From NCBI GenBank assembly GCA_900769745.1, contig CAAGHX010000187.1:1-59012 (forward strand): DNA of 59,012 nt, given 5' to 3'. The notes below the pieces were generated by a model. That model was not told the DNA's origin, ran no database searches, and saw only the letters and a program-made list of their open reading frames with translations. The position numbers were made by a program, and so were the translations under genes. Numbering within the stretch: position 1 is the stretch's first letter; every line of letters begins with the position of its first letter. Below, in pieces: positions 37,781 to 46,547 of the stretch. The stretch is from an uncultured Alistipes sp. (GTDB lineage: Bacteria; Bacteroidota; Bacteroidia; Bacteroidales; Rikenellaceae).

Positions 37781-37815
37781 AAAAGAGGTTGCTAACTGAT
37801 GTTAACAACCTCTTT
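37781..37815. terminator. terminator, GAGGTTG family
   Basis: AAAGAGGTTG...CAACCTCTTT between convergent genes. Confidence 0.7.
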
Positions 37816-37846
37816 ATTTTTGTTTATATAGCTCTATTAAATAGAA

Positions 37847-38003
37847 CAAAGTAATCATAAAAGTGTCGCAAGACACCCCATCGTCGGCTAAAGCCTCCGG
37901 GGTATGACGTGTTAGTATAACAAAAAAGGGCCAAGCGGCCCTTATTAAATTGTATCAAAGTAATCATAAAAGGGTTGTAAAACCCAATTTTGAATTTTGA
38001 ATT
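37847..38003. repeat. heptamer element: arm B + hairpin A + subterminal module + right array
   Basis: GTGTCGCAAGACACCCCATCGTCGGCTAAAGCCTCCGGGGTATGACGTG, AAGGGCCAAGCGGCCCTT, then AATTTTG array abutting the stop codon at 38004. Confidence 0.88.
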
Positions 38004-38600
38004 CTATAAATTCACTCCTATCTCGTCGATAAGTTTATTGACTTTGCGGCGGAGTTTGGTGATAATGGGTACCCAGATAATAGCCAAAGCAATAACAGCA
38101 CTGATACCTACACCTTGAATCACGCCTCCGCAAAAATCACTTAATCCAATATTGTTTGACGCGATCATCTGTAAAAGCGAAAACAGGATAATGATGATAG
38201 CGAAGATACGCAACAGGTTGCACTCTGTGCGGATAGAGAACGAATAGACCTTATTCACCTGGCGCAGCTTGGCGTAGGTGTCGTTCTTGGTATCGAATGG
38301 ACCATCGGCAGCGCGCTTCTGGAGGTAAATCCAATCCTTAAACTCGCCCACAACGCGTATGCCGCAATCGGTGAGGAAGTTAAAGTAGCTCTCCTTAACC
38401 TCGTCGGACTCGGTGCGCTCGACCATATCGAGTTTATAGAGATACTCGCCCGGTGTGCCACGACGGAATATGTAACGGCAAAAGCCCACAGCTGTAAGGT
38501 TCCAGCCGGCACGCGACATCTCGTTCAAAAAAGCCTCCTCCTTCTCGTAGTCGGCAACTGTATAGAATCTCCATAGCTTTTTAATCTCTTTCTTCTCCAT
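38004..38600 (-). CDS. DUF2812-like membrane protein
   Basis: EKEEAFLNEMSRAGWNL, YIFRRG...Y..D motifs; two C-terminal TMs; downstream of PadR. Confidence 0.8.
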   Translation of the reverse strand: MEKKEIKKLWRFYTVADYEKEEAFLNEMSRAGWNLTAVGFCRYIFRRGTPGEYLYKLDMVERTESDEVKESYFNFLTDCGIRVVGEFKDWIYLQKRAADGPFDTKNDTYAKLRQVNKVYSFSIRTECNLLRIFAIIIILFSLLQMIASNNIGLSDFCGGVIQGVGISAVIALAIIWVPIITKLRRKVNKLIDEIGVNL

Positions 38601-38612
38601 TGTTATAATAGT

Positions 38613-38924
38613 TTATAGGTTACTTAATCTGTTTCGTCCATTTTCGACCAGCTCGGTCAGGCGCTGAAGCTCCTGCTCCAACACGTCGCGGCCAGCACGG
38701 GTAATGATGTAACCCTTCTTGCGTCCCTCCTCGGGAAGCTGCTCGATCCAACCCTTGTCGAGAAGTGAGGCCAATGCTCCATAGAGCGTTCCGGCCGACA
38801 ATCGCACGCGGCCATTACTCAAGGTTGCCGTCTGCTGCATAATGCCGTAACCGTGCATAGGCTCCACCAGAGCAAGCAAGATGTAATAGACAGCCTCGGT
38901 GAGTGCATTATTAGTTGTGTTCAT
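38613..38924 (-). CDS. PadR family transcriptional regulator
   Basis: ILLAL..PMHGYGIM, GTLYGALASL...GWI, RKKGYIIT..G motifs. Confidence 0.93.
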   Translation of the reverse strand: MNTTNNALTEAVYYILLALVEPMHGYGIMQQTATLSNGRVRLSAGTLYGALASLLDKGWIEQLPEEGRKKGYIITRAGRDVLEQELQRLTELVENGRNRLSNL

Positions 38925-38993
38925 CGTTTTATTGGTTTTTGGTTTTTCTGCGGCTTGTTTTGTTTTATTTGCCGATTATTTCGGTTATCGTTA

Positions 38994-39016
38994 TATCGGT
39001 TGCCGATACAAAGATA
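38994..39016 (-). promoter_or_regulatory. padR promoter -7 box with adjacent palindromic operator candidate
   Basis: TATCTTTG on the minus strand (39009..39016) directly followed by TATCGG-N3-CCGATA (38994..39008). Confidence 0.6.
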
Positions 39017-39069
39017 GACGATATATTTTATTTTCGCAAGAGTTTCTGGCGTAAAAATTTGAGATTTTA

Positions 39070-39950
39070 TGATTGTTAACAATTCAATCTCTTATAGAGA
39101 TTGCGGTTGCAAAAAAAATTGCTCTGCTGGGCGGTGTTAACAACGCTGAGAATAGTTAATAAAATTTGTTAATAAGTCGGGCGATAAGTTTTTGAAAACT
39201 TTTAATAAAAAAAACGCCACGAAAATGGTCATTTTGCTAAGTCGCAGATATTGAGAAGGGGTATTGAATACCAAATTTTTTATGCATTTTTTTATAATAA
39301 TTTATAAAAAATCTTATTAACTATTTGTGATGGGTGAATGATGAAAACTTTTTGGTGTTGATATGTTGAAACTCTTTTTCAACAGCTGATGAAAAGTGTG
39401 TTTACAGCAGGGCTGAAAGATATGTAATAGATTGATGGATAGAGGTATTTGGGAGATTATGGGTAGTATGGTTTTGGTTGAAAAGATTGTTGATGGGTGT
39501 TGATACAAATTATTAAAAAAAGTTATAAACACTATCAACAGCCTTATATATTCCTTATTATTTATTTTATTTAAATATAAAGTAAAAAATATTATAAATT
39601 TACTGTTGACAACTCGCAAACCAAATCGAAAAACCTGCAAGTCAACACAACCCCGAAGAGGAGCAAACAGTGAGAGGAAAAACAAAGAGAATCAAAAAAC
39701 AACTCATAGCTATACACCCATAGATATTATAACGCTGTGGATAACCTTCCGCGGCGGCGGCCAAGGCGAGAGAAGTGGCGAGAGTTGAGCAGGGAGATGT
39801 TGATAGAATGATGACTGTAAAAACAATTTCTGGCGGGTCGAGAAAGTCACGCAGCAGGGCTACAGGGCGAGTGGCAAGAGTTATTATGGTTATCAACAGG
39901 GTATATATAACTATATCTATTATTATTTATAATATATAATGAATATAAAA
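39070..39950. other. probable chromosomal replication origin (oriC)
   Basis: Gene-free; one perfect DnaA box (39736..39744) and nine with 1-2 mismatches; two AT-rich tracts directly after boxes; parS and mnmG about 10 kb away. Confidence 0.72.
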
Positions 39951-39986
39951 CCGAAAGAACTATAAGCTACCTCGCAAGGCAAAGCC

Positions 39987-40016
39987 GAAGAGTAACAAAA
40001 AGAAGAGTAACAAAAA
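39987..40016. repeat. 15-bp tandem duplication GAAGAGTAACAAAAA x2
   Basis: Exact copies at 39987..40001 and 40002..40016, followed by degenerate GTAA-containing units. Confidence 0.85.
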
Positions 40017-40364
40017 CGGGTAACGATAGTGTAATACCAGATAGTAACACCAAAAGTAGTACAAAGAGCAGTGTTTATCCCATAAATGAGTGGAGATGAT
40101 GCATAGCGAGGGCTTCAAATGGGCCGAAAAGGTCGGGCTGGCGGCTGAGCATAACTAATTCTAAAAATGTAAAATATTCTAAAAAGTCCAGCCGATAACA
40201 CAATCAGACCTAATGTCAACTTTAGCCCGTATTTATACTCTGAAATGTGATATTTTTTGCATCTTAAATTTGCAAAACTGATATTCGATGTATTATCTTT
40301 GTCGAGTGATTACTCAGCAACTGCCCGATGAGTGTCGCTTAATTGTAAAACGAAGATTAAAATT

Positions 40365-41135
40365 ATGCGTAAAATTTTGAAATCTTGTGTGGTCGCTTTG
40401 GTGGCTATCCTCGCATCAGTGGGTGTGAGCTACGCACAGCCAGCGATGCGTATGTATCCAGCAGGTCAGATGGGCCAGGGCGGCGGACATCAACAGTGGC
40501 AGATGCGTATGAACCAGCGTGTGACAGCTGATAACGGTGTGGAGTACACAGGCGTGGTGCTCGCTGCCGAGAACGATGCTCCTTTGGCGGGTGTGCAGGT
40601 GATGGCTTTTGCTCCAAAGGTGGGTTATGTTTACACCGCTAAGACCGATAAGAATGGTAAGTTCAAGATGTTGATGTACCCTGGTACTCAGTATGTTGTG
40701 GAGTTTACATCGGTTGGTTATAAGAAGTTTGCCGCGGTGTGCGACGCCGAGCACGAGCCTATCGAGGGTCAGCCTGTGAAGTTGGAGACTACTGTGGAGG
40801 GTGTTGCTCAGATGAAGGGTAAGCAGCCATTGGTTGTAACAGACTTCCGCAGCGTACAGATTACAATGACTAAGCACGATGCCAACAACGAGCGTCCGTT
40901 GGTTGACCTGCTTAACGAGCTCCCTGGTTTGGAGATTTCACCCGAGGCATTCTTTGTATTGGTTAATCCTCGCACTGAGATTCGCATCAACAACCAGTTG
41001 TTGAAGGTGCGCCCTCAGGCTCTTTATAGCTATCTTTCAAATATCGAGGCAAAGGCTTTGCGTATGATTCGCGTCACTTGGGCCAATGCCGAGAACGAGG
41101 AGGCAGCTCAGGTATATATGACTGTCGATGAGTAA
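40365..41135 (+). CDS. secreted protein with carboxypeptidase-regulatory-like domain and plug-like C-terminus
   Basis: Signal peptide; YTGVV...PLAGVQV...TDKNGKF...SVGY; DLLNELPG...IRINN; start moved to ATG 40365. Confidence 0.75.
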   Translation: MRKILKSCVVALVAILASVGVSYAQPAMRMYPAGQMGQGGGHQQWQMRMNQRVTADNGVEYTGVVLAAENDAPLAGVQVMAFAPKVGYVYTAKTDKNGKFKMLMYPGTQYVVEFTSVGYKKFAAVCDAEHEPIEGQPVKLETTVEGVAQMKGKQPLVVTDFRSVQITMTKHDANNERPLVDLLNELPGLEISPEAFFVLVNPRTEIRINNQLLKVRPQALYSYLSNIEAKALRMIRVTWANAENEEAAQVYMTVDE

Positions 41136-41199
41136 AGGACGTGTGAGAGAATACCCCTTCCCTTTTAATCTCTCTCACCACCTTTTTTATGATCTGGTT

Positions 41200-41233
41200 G
41201 GTTACACCCGCAAGGGTGTAACCTTTTTTTTTT
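41200..41233 (+). terminator. intrinsic terminator
   Basis: GGTTACACCC-GCAA-GGGTGTAACC plus long T run. Confidence 0.9.
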
Positions 41234-41407
41234 GCAACAAAATTTAGTCGTACCCTAAATATTTATTAATAAAATATTTTACTAATAAATACTATTTTCG
41301 CCTATTTTGAATATAAAATTTATATTTATTGCAAAATATTTGCAGTTTTGAATATTTGTTTATAACTTGCAATTGACGAAATATTCATCAACTTAAAAAG
41401 TGCGCTC

Positions 41408-42688
41408 ATGAAAAAGATTTTCTATTGTCTTGTAGCCGCTTTAGTTTTAGTGGCTTGCGTTAAGGAAGATGTTTCAATCGCAAAGATTGAAGAGGTGAAA
41501 AATCCTTATGCTGTTACACCTGATGAGGCCGTACAGTTGTTAAAGACTGTAATTGGCGGTGAGTCTACTCGTGCCGTATCTGTTGGCGAGATTAAAACTC
41601 TTCGCAAGAGCGATTTCGTACCCACTACGCGTGGTGGCGAGGATGGTGATGTAATCTACATTGTTGATTTGGAGAATGGCGGTAGTGCCGTTATGGGTGC
41701 TGACAAGCGTATGGAGCCTATCTATGCTATTCTCGATGAAACAAAAATCTCTCCCGAAAAACTTACTCTTACAGCTACTCGCACTGACGATGGCGAGCAG
41801 GATATTGAGGAGTATGTAATGGGGTTGTTGAATGCAAAGATTAGCAGTGATTTTGCTATGGTTAGGCCACCTCTTGACACATTGCCTATTCCTTCTTTAC
41901 GTCCCGATACTTGGACTGTAACCACAACATTAGGTCAAAAATCGCCTATGCTTAGAACTAAATGGAGGCAAGGTCAACCATTTAATAATGTGATTGCGAT
42001 GCATACTAATAATAATGATACTCCTGCTGGATGTGTAACTATCGCAGTAGGTCAAATTATGGCATATCATCAAAGAAATATGACTGGTTCTAACTTTAAT
42101 TGGAATATTATTAATAGTTTTGAATATGGTTATGACGTTACTGCAACACCAGGTGAAATAACCTATATGGCAAATTATATTTATGAAGTAAGAACAGCTT
42201 TAAGTGATAGAGAACTTACAAATCATGGTATATCTACTTCTGAACTAGTTGAGTTTATGAGAACAGATTTAGGATATCATAACGTTAGTTGTATTGCATA
42301 TAATTTGAACAATATTTACAGCATGTTGAATTATGATAATCCAGTTTGCATTAATGGTACTTCCACTTGTTTTGATGGGAGAGATTATGAACCTGATCTT
42401 CATACATGGATTATTGATGGTTATCACTATTACAAAGTAGAAGATTGGGAGCGCACCTATATAGGGGATTTTATATCGGATGAGCATATTGTAGATACAT
42501 ATTATTACAATATTTTACATTGTAATTATGGATATAGCGGTGCTTGTGATGGATATTATACTGAAGGAATATTTGACCTGCGAGTAATGCGAACTGAAAG
42601 TGAAGTTGATTCAAGTGTTGGAGATGTGCAGAGTTCTATTCTTGCATGCTATAACACAAATCTTTCAATAATTCAATATTCAAAATGA
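41408..42688 (+). CDS. C10-family (streptopain/SpeB-like) cysteine peptidase lipoprotein with propeptide
   Basis: LVAC lipobox; ADKRMEPIYA propeptide motif; WRQGQPFN, PAGCVTIAVGQIM (catalytic Cys), HTWIIDGY (His), HCNYGYSG. Confidence 0.9.
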   Translation: MKKIFYCLVAALVLVACVKEDVSIAKIEEVKNPYAVTPDEAVQLLKTVIGGESTRAVSVGEIKTLRKSDFVPTTRGGEDGDVIYIVDLENGGSAVMGADKRMEPIYAILDETKISPEKLTLTATRTDDGEQDIEEYVMGLLNAKISSDFAMVRPPLDTLPIPSLRPDTWTVTTTLGQKSPMLRTKWRQGQPFNNVIAMHTNNNDTPAGCVTIAVGQIMAYHQRNMTGSNFNWNIINSFEYGYDVTATPGEITYMANYIYEVRTALSDRELTNHGISTSELVEFMRTDLGYHNVSCIAYNLNNIYSMLNYDNPVCINGTSTCFDGRDYEPDLHTWIIDGYHYYKVEDWERTYIGDFISDEHIVDTYYYNILHCNYGYSGACDGYYTEGIFDLRVMRTESEVDSSVGDVQSSILACYNTNLSIIQYSK

Positions 42689-43314
42689 TAGTTATGAAAC
42701 GAATATTATTTTTATTACTCGCAGTTGTAGCAATTGTTGGGTGTGAGAGTGAATACGACCAGATGTCGGAATACGAAAAGGCGATATATGATGTAGGCAC
42801 AAGCTCTACTATTTCAGCGGAGGATGCCTTGAAGAATGTCGAAGTTTGGAAGGCCGTGAAGATTATTTCAAGTACTGAGGCAGGAGGCAGAGGAAAGGTG
42901 TCTGTGTCTGATTACGAGAATACGGATTATTATGGAGCATCGCAATATTATTTTTCGTATGGTTCTATGTTTAGGTTGTTCGTAAAACACGGGCCAGACA
43001 TAACTATGTATGATAAAGGTATTGATAATCCATATGTAATATATCAGAGTTATTATGTAGGATACAATTATAAGCTTAATACTGATAATAGTATTACGGT
43101 AAGTGTCAACACTGAATTAGAAGATTTACTGAAAAAACATGGTAAGTCTATAAATAAAATGCATTTGGTTGCGTATAATGAAACCTGTATTGTTGTTGAA
43201 ATTCACTATGATATAAGTTATGAATACAAACATGTTACCTATGTCTTAAAGCCGACAACAATATCTATTGATGATATGACATATCCTGATATAGAAACTT
43301 TTGATAAACAATAA
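42685..43314 (+). CDS. hypothetical lipoprotein coupled to the C10 peptidase
   Basis: ATGA overlap with the peptidase stop; MKRIL...IVGC lipobox; low GC. Confidence 0.85.
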   Translation: MIVMKRILFLLLAVVAIVGCESEYDQMSEYEKAIYDVGTSSTISAEDALKNVEVWKAVKIISSTEAGGRGKVSVSDYENTDYYGASQYYFSYGSMFRLFVKHGPDITMYDKGIDNPYVIYQSYYVGYNYKLNTDNSITVSVNTELEDLLKKHGKSINKMHLVAYNETCIVVEIHYDISYEYKHVTYVLKPTTISIDDMTYPDIETFDKQ

Positions 43315-43323
43315 TATTTTAGC

Positions 43324-43352
43324 CGCCACCTTTCGGGGTGGCGATTTTTTTT
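43324..43352 (+). terminator. intrinsic terminator, CGCCACC family
   Basis: CGCCACCTTTCGGGGTGGCG plus T run. Confidence 0.85.
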
Positions 43353-43487
43353 GTTTGGGGTAAAAAATCTTTCACTCGGCAAAAAATATTCCCATTTCAA
43401 TTTCTTTTCAGAATTTTTTGCTAATTTTATAACGTGGAAAACTTTTCTGCGCACACTTATTTGAGAACCCTAAAACTTTATACTACT

Positions 43488-44315
43488 ATGAAAAAACTAT
43501 TATTCTTGGCAGTGGCCATTATGGCGTTGCAGAGCGCGTCGGCGCAGTTGTTTAGTAGCCATCGCGAGTTTAATACCTTTGCTGAAATCTATGAGCAGTG
43601 GAACGGTATAGTATTGAATGCCCCCAAGGGTTATGTGGATGCTGGTCACGACCCATTTATTTGGGGTCCTAAGTCGGAGAGCGAAGGTCGTACGTCGATG
43701 GCTGCCCACTTCTATCGTATGCGTCTCAAATCGCCCGACAACAGGGTGATGATCATCTATCCTATAGAGTCATATTTTGGTGTGGACAGCACCGAGCCCG
43801 ACAACCAGTACAACGGCGTTGCGGAGTATCTGGCGAGTGCCAAGGGTTATCAAATTACCCGTTCGGCGCCCGATAAGAGCCACGGTATGATGTATGCGGT
43901 GCTTCCCGACGAGGCAAAGAGTGATTGGGTGAAGTATGAGGGCAAGGAGGCTCGCAAGTGGTTTGCCGCAGAGCGAGTTTATAAGACACATTTTAAGTTG
44001 CCAAAGCCTTTCGATGGCAAGTACACCCACGCTATGGTGGTGTCGATGCACAACACTAAGCGCAGAGTGTATCGTGTGGTATGTTTTATGACATCAGACG
44101 ACGAGTCGCTCCGCGATCAGGTTTTCGAGGAGTTGAAGGGTACAATAAAACTCTACGACACATCGGACAAATCTTATATGCACAATTATCGTGGTCGTCA
44201 GGCTACAGTTCTTAACTTTGGTAATAATTTCGACTTCAGTTATCTGCCGCAACCAGTGAGCCCATTTGATGTGAAGGCTATCAAGAGTATAATCGAGGGC
44301 GGCAGAGTGAAATAG
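43488..44315 (+). CDS. secreted hypothetical protein (domain A only)
   Basis: MKKLL...ASAQ signal peptide; paralog of the N-terminal part of 44541..45593. Confidence 0.85.
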   Translation: MKKLLFLAVAIMALQSASAQLFSSHREFNTFAEIYEQWNGIVLNAPKGYVDAGHDPFIWGPKSESEGRTSMAAHFYRMRLKSPDNRVMIIYPIESYFGVDSTEPDNQYNGVAEYLASAKGYQITRSAPDKSHGMMYAVLPDEAKSDWVKYEGKEARKWFAAERVYKTHFKLPKPFDGKYTHAMVVSMHNTKRRVYRVVCFMTSDDESLRDQVFEELKGTIKLYDTSDKSYMHNYRGRQATVLNFGNNFDFSYLPQPVSPFDVKAIKSIIEGGRVK

Positions 44316-44338
44316 AAGTTCTGTTGTGAGAGAATATT

Positions 44339-44361
44339 AAGGGCCGCTTGGCCCTTTTTTT
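44339..44361 (+). terminator. hairpin A acting as terminator
   Basis: AAGGGCCGCTTGGCCCTT plus T run; reverse complement of the hairpin found in the heptamer elements. Confidence 0.75.
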
Positions 44362-44540
44362 ATAAACAATATTAAAATAATTGTAAAATATATTAATATT
44401 GGTCTGTATCCTATAATTTTTGTAACTTTTTGTGATTTTTTGGCTTAAAAATTTGCCCCTCACCGAAAAAATTTCTTAAATTTGTAAACTACCGAATGGC
44501 GGTGGGTAGATTATTGTTTTAACAATTAAAAACGTGAATT

Positions 44541-45593
44541 ATGAAAAAGTATCTGTTTTTCTTATTTGCGCTTTTGAGTTTTACTTCGGCAAAGGCGCAA
44601 CAGTCGGGTTCGCACAAAGAATTTGACACTTACGCTAAGATTTACAATCAGGCTACTGGCTATGATTTGAAGGCTCCAGCGGGTTACATCGATGCGGGCC
44701 ACGATGCTTTTTACTGGTCACCACAGAGCCATTTGAATTGGCATTATATTAATATGTATCGTATGCGTCTGTACTCTCCCGAACGAGATGTGCAGATTGT
44801 TTATCCCGTTGAGACCTACCACGTGAGTGAGGCTACGCAGGGCGAAAAGAATGGTGTGAAGATGTATGTGGCGGCAGCCAAGCAGTTCCCTATTAAATTT
44901 TCTGAGCCCGACCCACAAACAGGTTTGCAGAGTGTTATAACATCGCCCGAGGTTGAGAATTATTACAAAAAGTTAAGTGGCGACGATGTGCGTAAATGGT
45001 TTAACGCCGACTATGTCTATGTGGCGCGTTTTGAACTTATGAAACCATTTGATGATGTCTATACCCACGCTATGGTAGTATCGTTCCACGGCAAGGAGCG
45101 TTATGAGGTTGTATGTTTCCTAAAGAGTGGTAAGAGATCTTTGTGCGAGAAGGTTTTCAACGACCTGAAGGGTAATATAAAGCTTTGTGATAATTACAAG
45201 GCTTACATAACAAGAAATCTTTATGATGCTCAGTTAGAGATAGTTGACAACTTCGGTAAGGAAAAGATTGAGAAATATACTAAGGATTATAACTTCACAA
45301 CTGTTATACCTAAGAAGCAGAAGAAATATAAGACTCATCTTACTCTTGATGGTGGAAAGTTTGTTTTGTATGACCGCAACCATCCTAATTACGCAGTGAG
45401 TTCAGAGGCTTTTGAGCGTTTGACAATCATCACTCCTGAGTTTGGTAAATCTTATATTCACCAGAAGTCTGGCGCAGAGGTAAACATCTCGGAGGATTTG
45501 TATAAGCAGTGTAAGGAGTATGTTGAGCGTAACAACGAGAAATTAATTAAGATGAAGGCGAGGTTGTCAGATAAACTTCCTGGCAGAATATAG
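44541..45593 (+). CDS. secreted hypothetical protein (domains A+B)
   Basis: AKAQ signal peptide; shares DAGHD, YRMRL.SP, RKWF, KPFD..YTHAMVVS with the upstream gene and YAVS, KSGAEVN with the downstream gene. Confidence 0.87.
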   Translation: MKKYLFFLFALLSFTSAKAQQSGSHKEFDTYAKIYNQATGYDLKAPAGYIDAGHDAFYWSPQSHLNWHYINMYRMRLYSPERDVQIVYPVETYHVSEATQGEKNGVKMYVAAAKQFPIKFSEPDPQTGLQSVITSPEVENYYKKLSGDDVRKWFNADYVYVARFELMKPFDDVYTHAMVVSFHGKERYEVVCFLKSGKRSLCEKVFNDLKGNIKLCDNYKAYITRNLYDAQLEIVDNFGKEKIEKYTKDYNFTTVIPKKQKKYKTHLTLDGGKFVLYDRNHPNYAVSSEAFERLTIITPEFGKSYIHQKSGAEVNISEDLYKQCKEYVERNNEKLIKMKARLSDKLPGRI

Positions 45594-45596
45594 AAG

Positions 45597-45696
45597 AATT
45601 CAAAATTCAAAATTATAAGGGCCAAGCGGCCCTTTTTTTATTATAATAACACGTCATACCCCGGAGGCGCAGCCGACGATGGGTATCTACCTTTGG
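45597..45696 (+). repeat. partial heptamer element: left array + hairpin A + arm B
   Basis: (AATTCAA)2AATT, AAGGGCCAAGCGGCCCTT, CGTCATACCCCGGAGGCGCAGCCGACGATGGGTATCTACCTTTGG. Confidence 0.85.
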
Positions 45697-45859
45697 CAAA
45701 ATTTTGTGTAAAAAGTCCAGCCACTCCCATAAAACATCGAAAAAATCATAATTTTTCGAGAAAAAATCTCAATTTTATCTAAAATTTCAAATTCATTTCA
45801 GAATTAAGTCTTAACTTGCATAAAAAATAAAGCTTTATTAACCTTAAAACTATACAACT

Positions 45860-46240
45860 ATGCGTGTAAAATTTAATTACATTATGCTTATAGCAGTTAG
45901 TCTGTTATTCGCTACTTCTATTACAGCTTTTGCAGCCGACCAGAAAGCAAAGAAGTCTAAGAAGCAGAAGGTAGAGTATATAGGTACAACGGGTGTTCCA
46001 AAGGCTGATCCTGATGTGTTCTTGTCGTTGAATGGTGGTATTTTCACACTTAATGATAAGACAAGCCCATCTTATGCAGTTTCATGGCAGGCGTATGATC
46101 GCTTACCAAGAAAATTTGATGGTAAAAAAGGTTATGTAATAACTGTAAAATCGGGAGCAGAGGTTAATATGTCTGAAGAGCTTTATCAACATCTCGTAAA
46201 ATATTTCGAGCGAAGTAATGAGTATTTGAAACGATACTAA
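45860..46240 (+). CDS. secreted hypothetical protein (domain B only)
   Basis: AFAA signal peptide; LSLNGG...YAVS...KSGAEVNMSEELY matches the C-terminus of 44541..45593. Confidence 0.82.
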   Translation: MRVKFNYIMLIAVSLLFATSITAFAADQKAKKSKKQKVEYIGTTGVPKADPDVFLSLNGGIFTLNDKTSPSYAVSWQAYDRLPRKFDGKKGYVITVKSGAEVNMSEELYQHLVKYFERSNEYLKRY

Positions 46241-46264
46241 GAAATATTAAAAACTCTTATATTT

Positions 46265-46292
46265 CGCCACCTTTCGGGGTGGCGACTTTTTT
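46265..46292 (+). terminator. intrinsic terminator, CGCCACC family
   Basis: 20-mer identical to 43324..43343 plus T run. Confidence 0.85.
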
Positions 46293-46547
46293 GTATTATA
46301 CAATTCCATTTCTTTTTTCGCGCAAACTCAATCACAAAAAATCGGCTTAAAATTTCCGTTTCCATCGAAAAAATAGTAATTTTGGGATTGATTATGTTTA
46401 AATTGCAGTAATGTGGCGATATATGGTTGATAGCGAGTAAGTTGCGTATCAAACAGTGTGGCCCGCGAGCTTGCAAAGGCTGCCTGCCCAAGCGTGGCAA
46501 GTGGCTCAGAATATGGAAATTTGAGAATAAAATAATATAGAATCATT

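Noticed and set aside
39317..39896. Three short ORFs in the large intergenic region
   Set aside because: Low-complexity translations of AT-rich, DnaA-box-rich DNA.
46400..46545. SAM riboswitch or T-box upstream of metG (also checked proS and pheS)
   Set aside because: GC-rich patch present, but I could not find SAM-I/II cores or the T-box motif.
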